Assembly (NCBI GenBank): GCA_043720715.1
Contig: JAYSSF010000090.1
Coordinates: forward strand, 2,020-66,019
Length of the DNA stretch: 64,000 bases
Direction of reading: 5' to 3'
Source of the DNA: a bacterium
Lineage (GTDB): Bacteria; Patescibacteriota; Gracilibacteria; Absconditabacterales; Absconditicoccaceae
The notes below the pieces were generated by a model. That model did not search any database, was not told the origin of the DNA, and saw nothing but the letters and a program-made list of their open reading frames with translations. The position numbers and the translations under genes are program-made. Shown piece after piece: positions 31,801 through 44,600 of the stretch. How positions within the stretch are numbered: position 1 is the first letter of the stretch; each line of letters begins with the position of its first letter.

Positions 31801-34800
31801 GGTAACCAATTTACTGGACCTATTCCAAGTACACTAGGTAACCTTACATGAGCAGTACAGATGTATCTTAGTAGTAATCAACTTACGGGACCTATCCCAC
31901 CAGAGTTGGGTAATATGAAAGCTTTGACGCATCTAGGTCTACAGGGTAATCAGTTAGTTTGAGCCCTACCTACCAATCTTAGTAATCTTACTAATTTGAC
32001 AGACTTTTATGTTCATGCAAACTATCTCGATCGTGATCTGAGTAATAATGCACTCATCCCAGCAGCCATCACCACATGGTACAATGCAAGAGCAACCAAG
32101 GATATTAGTGCTCAAACTGATGTCACAGCTCCAGTGATCTCTGGTAATCCACTCGCTGGCATCTATAGTTTTGCTACTATGAGCTATACGATCAATATGA
32201 CTGAGGGTAGTACGATCGCCGGTGGTGGTCAGACGGTGACGGTATGATGATGAGGTACCTGTAGTCAGCTCACTGTCGCTGGTACACTGACCAACGGCGC
32301 ATGAGCCAATGTGATTACACTCCAGTTTGCTCCAGGTGGCAACGCTACCACAGCATATAGCAACTGTACACTCACTACGACAGATCGCGCATCACTGGTA
32401 TCCAATACCATCAATCTTGGTAACTTCTCTGTCAAGCTCAATCCGTTCCCAATCTGTAACAACGTCAATCTGACTGTCTCACAAGAGCAGTGTGGAGTGC
32501 TCATGGATTTTTACACCAACCTGGGTGGAGCTTCATGGACCAATAAGACCAACTGGTCTGCAGGTACCACAGTAGGTAACTGGCATGGTGTAACGACTGC
32601 AAATAGTTTGATATGATATTATTCATTTGATACTAATAATGCTAGCGATAGCGGTCCATTAGTTAATAATGGTTCATTGGTAAACTCTCCAACATTTGTA
32701 GCTGGCAGATATGGTAACGCGATCAATTTTGACGGAACAGCCAAGCGTGTAGTGATCAATAATACCAATATTCCTAAGTGAACATCTGACTTTACCTACT
32801 CATGGTGGACGAAGTGGAACTGAACCCCTACTACGGCTACTGCATCATATTTTGAAAATGGTACATGGTGAAACTCTCTGATTATTCGTCAAGAAACGGC
32901 CTGATTGATTTATATTTGGTCAATGGGAGCATATAGGTGAGCATTTAATTTTACGCCAACAGTAGGACAGCGATATCACCTCTCGATCGTTAGATCGGGT
33001 AATACGATGCTTCTCTATATTGACGGTGTCCAAGCAGGATCAATCACATTTAATGTTAATCTACAACCTAGTGCAGATCTATGGATCTGAGCATCTCAGC
33101 ATAGTCCAACACAAGCACTCAATGCTGCAATGGACGAAGTCCGTATCTTCAACCGTGCTCTCAGTCTTGATGAAGTCAATCAGCTCTATCTGAGTAATAC
33201 CATGTGAGCTCAGAGCGTGACACAACTCAGATTTACAGGTGCCAACAACATGATAGGTACATTCCCCAATGTGTTTGATAGATTACCTAATCTGACTGCT
33301 ATCGAGATTGTGAATAATGCTGGTATTACTGGACCGATTCCAGCTACGATCTCCAACTTACCGAAGCTGATAGAACTATGATTACAGTCATTGGGTATCA
33401 ACGGTTCATTGCCATCGACACTACCTACAACATTGACAAGTCTATCAATAAATAATATATTATTCACTGCTTGACCCCTACCTTCTGCTTGGTCGTTGTT
33501 GACGAATCTAAACTATCTGTCAGTACAAAACATCAATGCAATCGGCGCACTACCTGCTTCATGGTCTGCATTGACTAACCTGACATATCTGCATCTTGCC
33601 AATAATAACTTCAACTGACAGATCCCAACATCATGGCTTACTGCTTTGACCAATATTGGTCAGATGTACTGGGAGGGAGCAAATATTGATGGACCACTAC
33701 CTCCAGAGATGGCGACGTGGAATACTAATACAGCATATACTGCCAACCACTTGAATAATAACTGTTTCGGTACTGGACATCTGACACCTGCTCAGGTCAA
33801 CGCATTTGATACCAAATATACTCGTGCCAAATGGGCTCCACAGAGACAGTGTACCACTGACCTACAGATATCTATCTCAGCAGTCAGTAACGTCAGTTCA
33901 TCCAATGGGATGCTGTACACAATCGCAGTGACCAATGCTGGATCACGCTGGGCATATAGTCCTCGTGTCGCAGTCAACCTACAGCAGTGACTCGTAGCAG
34001 GCAATAGCGCAACTCCTACGATCATGTATAGTACTCTTGCTCCATGAGCATCTCAGACGCAGACTATTTCTGTCATCAAGAGTGCGAGTAGTCCGACCAC
34101 TGCGACCAGTGCAACCAATACATTCACCGTGTCAGATCCTACGATCACCGATAGTAATGCGGGTAACAATAGTACCACTCATGCCACAGTAGTCAAAAAG
34201 AGTAATATCTCTGCTATCTGTGATCACTATGCACTTAACACAACGATCGCTGAATGTGAAGCACTGACAAACTTGTATAGTAGTACTGCTGGACCATCAT
34301 GGACCAATAGATCCAACTGGATCTCAAGTCCAAATACTGATAACTGGTATGGTATTACTACATCGCTGGAGTCTGACTTGATCGCGCATTATAGCTTCGA
34401 TTCGAGTAACGCGACGGATGATGCGTGAGTAACATCTGCTGCAACTGTCAATGCAGGAGTAACATTTGAATCGGGTAGACTATGATCCACAGCAACGATA
34501 AATGGATGATGAAATGGAGTCACTTTGCCTTCAACTATTACATTGGGTAATGGAAACTGGACTACATCAGCTTGGGTCAGAACTACAGATACTACATCAA
34601 ATTATGGAACAGTCTTATCTAATAATAGTGGTTGACCCGTAACCAATGCATTATGAGTATCGAATGGTAAGATAAGCTATAATAATTATAACTGAGCACG
34701 ACAAGCATGGGGGTGAACAAGAAATGTGGCTGATGGTCAACGGCACTTCCTTACTTGGGTCAATAAGTCTAACAATACCATGGATATGTATGTGGATGGT

Positions 34801-37800
34801 ACATTAGATCTATGATGATTTGCTTCGATAACATCCAATGGATGACCAGTCAACTCCATTGGACGTAACTGGTATGCAACATTTAGTGGATCAATCGATG
34901 ATGTTCGTATCTACAATCGTGGTTTGACTGCAGGAGAGATCACAAATCTGTATCAAACTGCGAGTCCTACGACTGATCGTGTAGTATCATTGCAACTGTG
35001 AAATGGTGGTACCTATAGTGATGCTGGAGGTAATAACTTATCAGGTACTATCCCATCTAACCTTAGTAATCTCACAGAACTCAGATATCTATGGCTCAAT
35101 GGTAACTCCAAATTGATCGGTGCTATACCATCAGACTTCTGGAACCTGACAAAACTTGAAGAAGCAATCTTGTTCTGGACTCAACTATCAGGTAATTTAC
35201 CAACATTTGGTAGTAGTTTCTCAGCACTACGCTCGATCAATATCTCCCATACCAGAGTATCATGATCATTGCCTACTACATGGGCACAAAATACAGCATT
35301 GAACAATATTTGGTTATGAGTCAATCCATTCTGAGCAGAAATCATCATTGGTAATCTACCATCATCATGGTGATCACTAGTAAATCTCAATAGTTTTGCG
35401 ACTTACTATGCAGGTCTGACGGGTTCTATCCCTAGTACATGGTGAGGTATGACCAACATGGTCAACTTCCAACTACAGTGAAATCAACTCTCATGACCAC
35501 TGCCAACTACACTCAGTCAGTGGGTATGACCAAATCACTTCATCATCAATACTGCCCAAAATACAAATCAGTTTACTGGTAATCTTGCGGCTCTTTTGAG
35601 TGGATGGAATACATCAGCACTACAGCACTTTATGGTGTATGGAGCAAACTTTGATCGTGATAGTAATAATGATCCAATCATCCCAGCTAATGTACAATCA
35701 AGAGTCACCGCAATGTGAGGCAACTATTTGCCATGATTCCAATGAGATATCATGCCGCCAGTACTCACCTTTGGTAGTATGGCCACCAATGTGGATGATG
35801 TAGTTCAAATCAACTTTACTCTGACTGAATGATCCAGCACGACAGGAGCTGGATACTTGAGTGGTTTAGATGTTTCGTTTACTGGATCAACTGCGTGTGC
35901 ATCGCTAGATACAAGTCCTGTCAGACTGATCAACAAGTGATCTCTCGTGATAGATGTCATCGGTGCTGCGGGTACATATCCTGGATGTAGCTTATTTGTC
36001 ACTGATCGTGCCAACAACCGCTCCAACCTTATGTCTCCAGGTACCATCACAATACCAAACTATGCGATCTGTGGTACGGCGACTGATATATCTCGTAATG
36101 ACTGTAGAGCTCTCGTAGACCTCTATACATCTACTGCTGGCTCATGATGGACCAACAAGACCAACTGGATGTGACTGTGAGATGCTACTCCTACGACTGC
36201 GTCAGATTGGCGATGAGTCACATTGGCTTCAAATAGAGTTACAAGCTTGAAGCTTTCACAGTGAACACATCCATGTGGACGATGAGGTGATGCAGCCACC
36301 AATAATATGATCGGTACACTACCAACGTCACTGGGTAATCTGACATGACTCACAGAGTTATGTATTGCATATAATCCTAATCTTACGTGATGACTGCCAT
36401 CTACTATTGGTAATCTGACAGCACTGACGAACTTTGTAGTACATAGCAATGGTATCTGATGAAATCTTCCTGCAAGTTTCTCAAATCTTAATCCAAATCA
36501 AGCAGTAATATATAGCAATGGATTTACTGGTCCAGTACCATCTCTTGCAAACCGGACTAACCTGACTTATTTGTATCTGTATAGTAATAATTTTGGTGGA
36601 AATAGTCTTCCAGTATTACCTACGACTGCACCAAATATCAATACAGTCCACTTAGGGCATGCATGATTCTCCGGCGTGTTACCATCATCATATTCGTCAT
36701 TGACTGCAATACAGTATCTTCTTGTTCATGATAATAATAACTTATCTTGACCAATCCCATCGTCATGGGGTAACCTTACCAATCTTAGGCAGATCTACCT
36801 ACAAGGCAATAATCTAAAGTGACTAATACCATTATCTTTTGCAAATCTGACCAATCTCAATGCTGGTGGATCATATATTGGTAATAACTGCCTATCTGCT
36901 GCATCTAGCTATATGTCAGCGTGATTATCTACCATTTTATCTACCAAATTTGATCCTAGTTATACCTCACAGAAGAACTGTGGTGGTACAATCTGATCAC
37001 GCCTCTGGATCGATAGTGATAACGATGGTCTGTATGATAACGGTGAGACTGGTACAGGATGAGTCACTGTGACACTCAGATCCTGTAGTGCTCAAGCTCC
37101 AGTGAACACATGAGGCAAGCTACTCAACCATCAGTTGGCTGCTCACTATACCTTTGATGCCAATAATACGATTGATGACAGTTTCAATAGTAATGACTGA
37201 GTCAATAATGGTGCAACATTCGCTGCCGGTAAGATGGGTAGTGCAGCTACTAGTACTGCAGGTACAGCATATATAAGACATTCTACTAAGTGATTAAACT
37301 CAACTCAGTGAACAATTTCAGCTTGGGTCAATCCATCACAGGTATATTGGGGCTTATGGCAGACTCATGATTCTAGTAGCGAGAACTGGACTGACTGGAT
37401 TTCATTGTTCTCTTGGTGGGGTGGTACGTTCTACTTCCGTATGGGTAATGGTACTGATTGTTGTAGTAATGATCTCACATTCACCACAGCAACATATATG
37501 CCACTCAATACATGGTCACATATAGCAGCAACATGGAGCGGTAGAGCAGATGGAATAGCCAATGATGAGATGATGATATATGTCAATGGAGTATTGGTTG
37601 CATATCGTGGTAATGTTAATTTCCAGTGAATTATCAATCCTGACGCTCGTATGTGAATGTGACATAGTATCGGTATGTATGGGTCAGTCGATGACTTCCG
37701 TGCTTATGGTCGTGCACTCACTGCATCAGAAATCTCACAACTATATACTATTGATGCAGCAACTCCTGCGATTAACTTCCCAATTAGTAATAGTGGGGCA

Positions 37801-40638
37801 GCAGTAGCAACCACCACCAGTGCAGCCAACGGTACCTACTCATTTACCAATCAGCCAGCAGGTAGATACTATCTCGAGTATTCTAACCTACCAAATGGAT
37901 ATAAGTTTGCCAACCAAAACTGGTGATGATATCATAATAGTGTCAACTCTGACGTCAATCCATGGTCTGCGAAGACTTCATGTTTTGAGCTGTATAATGG
38001 TCTATATGAGACCAATATCAATGCAGGTATCAAGCATCTCCCATACTCGAGTTGTGAAAATACATCTGCAGCATTTACACCAATACTACTTGGTCAGCCG
38101 GTCACATTGTCCATCGGATGATATGGTACCAACGGTCAGATCCAAGCGATCAATACTTCTAATGCGGTAGTGCTCAACCAGTCCATCACCAATCAGTGAA
38201 CCAACTGGTGACTCAAGACATGGTCGCATAGCTGGACACCAAGTGCAGCTGGTACCTATACCATCTCTGGTGCAGTCGATGGATATAACTACAAACTCGA
38301 CTACTACAACAACCCAGCACTATCTACACTATCATGTGCATATCGTACGATCTCTGCTGGTAACTGGTGTGCAGTCCAGGCGACGACGTCTCCATACTCA
38401 GGTACGGTACTGACCAACGTCAACCAAATCGTGAGTATCCCAGCTCCAATGCAGTACTGTACAGCACCTCAGATCTCATGACTACCATGTAGTACAGCTG
38501 GTGATCAACCACCTGCGATGGTGGTACAAGTACCAAATACCTGTACATCGACGATGGTAGTCACATCTGATGTCAATGTCATGTGTGATGCAGTGACTGA
38601 TATGCAGCCTGCAGAGTGTAAGGCTCTCGTATCACTATATGACAGTACTGCTGGCGCATCATGGACCAACAAGACCAACCGGAGGTTCCTATGAGACACT
38701 ACTCCTCGTACTGCATGTGATTGGACTGGTATAACCTGTGCATGAGGTCGTGCAACACAGATTGCCCTAAGTAGTAATAATCTCAATGGTACTCTTCCGC
38801 CATTGACTGGTCTCAATCAAGTGATAGCTCTTGCTCTCAATAGCAATAGTATCAAGTGAAATCTGCCATTTGCATGGGCAACTACTTTGCCAGCTATTAA
38901 ATCTATCAATTTATGATATAATCAACTTACTGGTTCATTACCTACAGCTTGGTCTACTATAACTTGAGTTAATTATATTGGACTAGAAGTAAACTGATTG
39001 GATGGAGCATTACCTACAGCTTGGTCTACTATGACTTGAGTTACTCAACTCGTATTGCGATGAAATCAGTTTGCGGGTACACTTCCATCATCATGGTCAG
39101 CATTGAGGAATCTTCGAGATCTATCTCTATCAAGTGCTCAGATCAATGGTAATCTCCCTGCATCATGGTCAGCGCTCAATAAACTTCAAAACCTAACGAT
39201 CCTCAATAGTCAGATCACAGGACAGATCCCATCATCATGGTTTACTGGTATGACTGCGATGAGATACTTACAATTATGGGACAATCAACTTGATGGACCT
39301 ATCCCAGCAACTGGGTTCCAATTATGGACTGGCCTGGCTTTATCTACAAATACCAATACGATAGGAGGAAACTGTATGGGTATTACCAATGTGACATGAT
39401 GAAATCAATCATACATGAATGCAAACTTCAACTGACAACAGTGACGATGGTGATCTACAGCATACTGGACAAATCAAGATATATGTCAGACAGACCTCCA
39501 GTTATCACTTGTTACCAAAACAGGAAGTCTTGATAACGGCAATAGTCTGACCTATACTCTACGTTATACTAATGCTGGATCTCGTTGGTCATACAATACG
39601 ATATTGTGACTGACGACTGATAGTAGGATCAACATAGTGACAGGCAGTAGTACTGTTGGAGCGACCAGGACAGGTATCAACCTCGGTATCCTGGCTCCTG
39701 GAGTAAGTGGTACAATAGTATTTACGATTGGTAAGGCGTGATTTAGTGGTGGGCTGTACAACAACATTGCCAGTACTCGAACACTCACTGACACAACCAT
39801 CTCTGATGTAGTCAGCAATCATACCTACTCAGATACGATTACAGTAGATGCCGCCAACTATCCAGTATGTAACGACGCTCTCCTCACCATATCTATTGCT
39901 GAGTGTAAGGCACTGATGACGATCTACGACAATATGAATGGAGCAAACTGGACCATCAGGACATGATGGGGTATTGATCCAAACGTCGAAAACCGGCATG
40001 GTGTAGATCAGGTTGCTAATCGCGTAGGGAAAATCATGCTAACAACCGCTGGTACAGCAATGTGGACTGCTAACTTCCGAACCAACAACAATGTTATCGG
40101 TGCAATCCCAGCAATTATCACTAATCTTACAGGGCTGACTCATATTGATTTTCATAGTAAACCATGAGCATGACAGCTACCAAATCTAGGATTGTTCCCT
40201 AATTTGGTATGGTTGAGGTGTGAAACTTGTGCTCTTACTGGTCAGATTCCTGCCAATATTTCGAACACAAAACTAGTAGACATATACCTATCAAATAATG
40301 CTCTGACGAACATCCCATCTGGAATATATGGAATGTCAACACTGACAAACTTCTCAATACCAGGCAACCCTATTGGTTGATTGTTGCCTACATGATTTGC
40401 AAATATGACGTGACTCCAATCACTGAATCTAGCATCATCACTATTTACTGGATCGATCCCAGCATCATGGTCAGGGATGATAAGTCTCCAAAATCTATAT
40501 CTATGAAGTAATACACTCAGCAAGGAGCTACCTGTATCATTGCAAGCTCTTACAAATCTCAGAATACTTCAGCTGTCAGATAATCAGCTTGAGTGAGTCA
40601 TACCACCATGGCTTACAGGTCTGGTTAATTTACAATAG
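22831..40638 (+). CDS. giant secreted multidomain surface protein B, 5,935 aa
   Basis: ATG 22831, TAG 40636-40638. At least 20 track ORFs (23635, 24940, 25303, 26104, 26311, 27793, 28138, 28996, 29491, 30577, 31354, 31996, 32311, 33646, 34129, 35947, 37405, 37675, 39103, 40192) are all in frame 1, and the gaps between them contain only TGA. N-terminal TM MIKTKNIACRFYF-G-IITLIV-G-YMLL. Nine Cys-cap motifs C..L..LY....G.SWTNKTNW start at about 25138, 26350, 28666, 31150, 32491, 34255, 36103, 38617 and 39904. LamG signatures D(D/E)(V/F)R.Y.R.L...E...LY lie near 27000, 30930, 33140, 34900 and 37700. DUF11-like NNGPR.AY cores lie near 26040, 28350, 33935 and 39575. Long plant-type LRR blocks fill the space between. 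Confidence 0.85.
36985..38640 (+). repeat. gene B copy of a ~1.6-kb segment shared with gene C (45360-46975)
   Basis: By eye the flanks are roughly 80-90% identical at the DNA level. For example, aatcagccagcaggtagatactatctcgagta is identical at B 37849-37880 and C 46176-46207. The LamG core between the flanks is divergent. Confidence 0.7.
38936..39042 (+). repeat. adjacent near-identical 72-nt LRR units in gene B
   Basis: cattacctacagcttggtctactat(a/g)acttgagtt at 38936-38970 and 39008-39042, period 72 nt. Confidence 0.8.
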
Positions 40639-40653
40639 GAATTATAATTTATA

Positions 40654-40683
40654 GGGACGATCCAGTGGGTCGTCCTTTTTTTC
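40654..40683 (+). terminator. intrinsic terminator of gene B
   Basis: GGACGA (40655-40660) / TCGTCC (40670-40675), extendable by CC/GG, followed by T7 at 40676-40682. Lies 16 nt after the stop. Confidence 0.7.
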
Positions 40684-40711
40684 TTGCAATTGGATTTATT
40701 TGGAGTATGAT
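40684..40711 (+). promoter_or_regulatory. TTGCAA-N16-TATGAT promoter reading into the DUF559 cassette
   Basis: -35 at 40684-40689, 16-nt spacer, -10 at 40706-40711. Same architecture as the two small-RNA promoters. Confidence 0.45.
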
Positions 40712-40723
40712 GGGTTTAGTTTC

Positions 40724-40864
40724 ATAAACCCCTCTGGCTTATGCCATCTACCGTCGAGCGGCACCGAGGTCTCCTTGTCAAGGGAGACTCACAGGTTAGA
40801 TTTTTATTATGTTTATTCTGAGTCGAGTCACCCCTCCTGATAAGGAGGGGACGGGGGAGGTTTA
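40724..40864 (+). repeat. direct repeat DR1 (141 nt) flanking the DUF559 gene
   Basis: ataaacccctc..ctccttgtcaagggag..tttattatgtttattctgagtcgagtcacccctcctgataaggaggggacgggggaggttta. Two palindromic hairpins. Homologous to 41311-41430 in the same orientation. Confidence 0.8.
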
Positions 40865-40918
40865 TAATCACGGTAGTAGAATTTTAAATCCATTATTGTT
40901 GTATACTTAAATCTCAAA

Positions 40919-41314
40919 ATGACCGAAAAAGAACTACCATTCAAACCATATCTACAACAACATAGAGAATATGCTCGTCATAATCGTACACACCCAACCT
41001 ACACCGAAAAGGTAGTACGAAAAACAATATTGAGCGAAAGACCACTATGATACAAATTTACCAGGCAGAAATCACTATGACCTTACGTTGCAGATTTTTA
41101 CTGTAGTAAGTTATTACTAGTGATTGAGATAGATGGCGATAGTCACAATGCTGAATATGATCTATATAGAGACAACTATCTCGAAGATTTGCAAATCAAA
41201 ACAATTAGATATACAAATGATGAAGTGATGAGTAATGGTAATAAGGTTGCTGAAAATATAGAACAAGAAATAAAAATAAGAGAAAAAGAATTAGGATATA
41301 CTTCTCCTCAATAA
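40919..41314 (+). CDS. DUF559 (Vsr/very-short-patch-repair-like) endonuclease domain protein, 131 aa
   Basis: ATG 40919, TAA 41312-41314, 2 in-frame TGA. ..ADFYCSKLLLVIEIDGDSHN..YRDNYLEDLQIKTIRYTNDEV.. is the DUF559 core. The stop codon lies inside the first bases of DR2. Confidence 0.8.
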
Positions 41315-41430
41315 ACCCCTCCGGCGTTCCGCCACCTCCCCTTGACAAGGGAGGCTCATGAATTGAATTTTATTGTGTTCATTTTGAGTTGAGTCACCCC
41401 TCTTGTCAAGGAGGGGAAGGGGGAGGTTTA
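41311..41430 (+). repeat. direct repeat DR2 (120 nt)
   Basis: ataaacccctc..ccccttgacaagggag..tttattgtgttcattttgagttgagtcacccctcttgtcaaggaggggaagggggaggttta. DR1 carries an extra ~21 nt near its 5' end. Confidence 0.8.
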
Positions 41431-41496
41431 CAAAAGCAAGGATTAATGATACGAGTGTATATTGAATAAAACATGTCAATACACTATAATTATAAA

Positions 41497-41521
41497 GCAT
41501 CCGAGCGTACGGGTGTTTTTT
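41497..41521 (+). terminator. intrinsic terminator closing the DUF559 cassette
   Basis: CATCCG (41498-41503) / CGGGTG (41510-41515) with one G.T pair, then T6 at 41516-41521. Confidence 0.55.
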
Positions 41522-41548
41522 GACACAAGGTTGCAAAAGGGTTAGAAT
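41520..41548 (+). promoter_or_regulatory. near-consensus promoter of giant gene C
   Basis: TTGACA (41520-41525), 17-nt spacer, TAGAAT (41543-41548), about 75 nt upstream of ATG 41625. Confidence 0.55.
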
Positions 41549-41624
41549 CTAATGATAAACTGTATAAAATGGGTAAACTAGACCATATTATGCAGTGACT
41601 TTACACTTCTACCACGCACGCACA

Positions 41625-44600
41625 ATGTTCAAAACAAAAACACATCACATCACGAGGACCTGAGAGTATCTCATCTTGGTTATGCTATTGATCCTGACAC
41701 TGATCTGGTCATCATTGACCAATCAAGCTCAAGCTCAAGTGAGTACACTGAACAATAACTGTCTTGGTACAGGAGGACTGTCTACTGGATTGACCACATT
41801 TCTCAATACAAAATTTGTATCATCGTGGCCTACTCAAAATAAGTGTGCTAGTGACGTAGCCGTAGCTGTGGTAGCAATCGGAGACTTACTCAGTGGTAAT
41901 ATGATGCAGTATAATGTCACAGTAACCAACAATGGCCCTCGTTGGTCATATAATAGCAGGGTAGATTTTACAGGTAGTAATTGACTCATCACGAGTACGC
42001 CTACCCTCACATATAACGTTCTCGCACCTGGGACCAGTCAGATGCTCTCCATCTTTGTATATAAAGGCGCTGGCACAAGCAGTACAATAATCACATCCAC
42101 GGGTAGCTTTACGCTCAATGATAATACTATCGTTGATAGTAGTACGGCCAACAATATCTTCCATCATAGACCGATCGTCAGATGATCGACTCGTCCAGTA
42201 TGTTACAACACAGCACTCAATATCCCATCATATGAGTGTGACGCTCTCATGGACCTGTACACATCGACCAACGGAGCATGACGAACATCCAAGACCAACT
42301 GGTGAGTCTCACCCAATATCGAATCATGGTTTGGTCTGACTACTACCATCAATGATGATCTCGTCGCTCATTATAGCTTCGATGCGAGTAACGCGATAGA
42401 CGATGCCGGCAATGGATTTAATGGTATTATTCAAAATGGCTGAACTATTACTAACGGTAGAATTTCTAATGCTGTTGATCTCGATTGAATTGATGATATT
42501 GTGAGAATAGCTAATCAACCAACATTTAATCAATCGTGACCACTGACCTTATCTGCATGGATTAGGGCTGATGTGATTGATACAAATGTAAGGTGAATTG
42601 TGGCAAAATGAGCACTTGCTTGAGCATGAGTATGAATTCAACTTAATGGTTCATATCTTAATTTTGGATATCATGCATGTAATAATTTTAATTGATCCAC
42701 TGCTCTTGTGCCAAATACTTGGTACCATGTTGCTGCTACATTTGAACCAAGTGGTACAGTAAGTAGAATATATGTCAATTGAGTCCTCGATGGAACAAGT
42801 ACCTTAGTATCGAGTTCTAATTGTAATAATGATACATCGGATTATGTTATTGGGGCAGCTAATTCTGCATGATGATATAATTTTGATGGAGGAATAGACG
42901 AAGTCCGTATCTACAACCGTGCTCTCAGCGATGGAGAAATCTCTCAGCTATATAACTCCAATACGATCAAGGAAAATGTATCTAGTCTATGTCTATCCAA
43001 TACGATCGAATGAACCGCATGTAACTATCAATATCAGTGAACAGCTGGTAACAATATGTCAGGACCTCTACCAAGTTCCATCGGATTATTGAGTGAGCTG
43101 ACGACACTCGCGTTGAGTAATAACGCTCTGGGTGGGACAATCCCAGTCCAGCTTACCAATCTTACCAAAGCATGGAGAGTTCTCTTGGCATCGACCAATC
43201 TGACTGGTACTTTACCTAGTACAATTGGTGCTATGACAGCTCTTACACAGTTGGATGTAGCTGGTAATAATCTCAATGGAGCTATCCCTGCTGGTCTAAG
43301 CTCAACTTCTATCAACGTATTACGAGGAGGTAATAATAAATTTACATCATTGCCAGATCTATCTGCGCGTACCTGGTCACAACTTCAATTACAAAATAAT
43401 CTATTTGCTGGAAGTCTTCCGTCTTGGATTGGTACAGAATCATCACTCTCTTATCTTTTGCTAGGGAGCAATCAATTTACTGGACCAATACCATTATCTT
43501 GGGCATGATTGACGGGTATTTATTTTTTATCTCTGCATAGTAATCAGCTTACTTGATCGTTGAATGTCTTTGCATGACTCAATGCTACGTGAATTGGTGA
43601 GTTTCAAGTTCATAATAATAACCTCGATCGTGATCATAATAACAACGCGATTGTGCCGGCCAACATCCAAGCCAGACTCGGCTCGATGGTAAGTCAGAAT
43701 CTAACTAATCAATGAGATATCACAGCTCCTCAGATTGGGACAATTAATCTACCTGCTTTTCCTTCGTTTAACTATCTATGACCAACCGTTGGATGATCTA
43801 TTAGTACCGCATCAATTGTCTGAGCAAGTGGGTCTGTAGTAGATACAACGCTCCTGTGAGGTAATCCTCAACATGTAACTTATGTACAATCTGCTGGTGT
43901 AGATGATGCACGATGAAGAAACGGTAATCAATGAACTGTTAGTCGTAACCCTATTAGCTTCCAAAATGACAAAACATATACTCTATCATTTTGGGTACGT
44001 ACAGTAGCTGGCACAAGACAGATTGACCCATGTCTGACGGATGATGTCAATAACTGATCCACCTGTCAAACTCATTCAATTGATACTACTTGGAAACTGG
44101 TTTCAGTGACCAAGACATATAGTTCACTTGGAGCGTCTCCTCGTGCTTTTATTACGACGAATATTGCATGATCTGATTTCTACTATTATAATCCTACGAT
44201 TACTGTAGCTAATACAATCACTCCTACTATTGCATGAGAGTTCACTTACACGCTCACTGCATTTGAAAATGGTAGTACTACAGGAGCGTGATTTACGACA
44301 TGATTACCAATCTTCTTCTCTGGTAGTAGTGCGTGTGTACAATCACTGTATACCACAGGAGTAGTGACCAATAGACTTGGTAATACGACGGTTCAGGTGT
44401 ACGTGCTTGAGCTTGGTACCTTTGCTGGATGTCAAATTGGTATCCGTGATCGTGCTAACCTTGCATCCAATCTAATCACATTGCCCACCTTCCTCAACAA
44501 TGACTATGGTGTGTGTAATAGTGCTATCGATGTGCCTAAGTCAGACTGTAAGGCGCTTATGGACCTCTACACATCCACAGCTGGTAATAGCTGGACCACC

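Noticed and set aside
25200-40600. Regular 72-nt periodicity that might suggest a CRISPR array or satellite DNA.
   Set aside because: The periodic units are in-frame 24-residue LRRs with variable sequence. There are no constant repeats separated by unique spacers.
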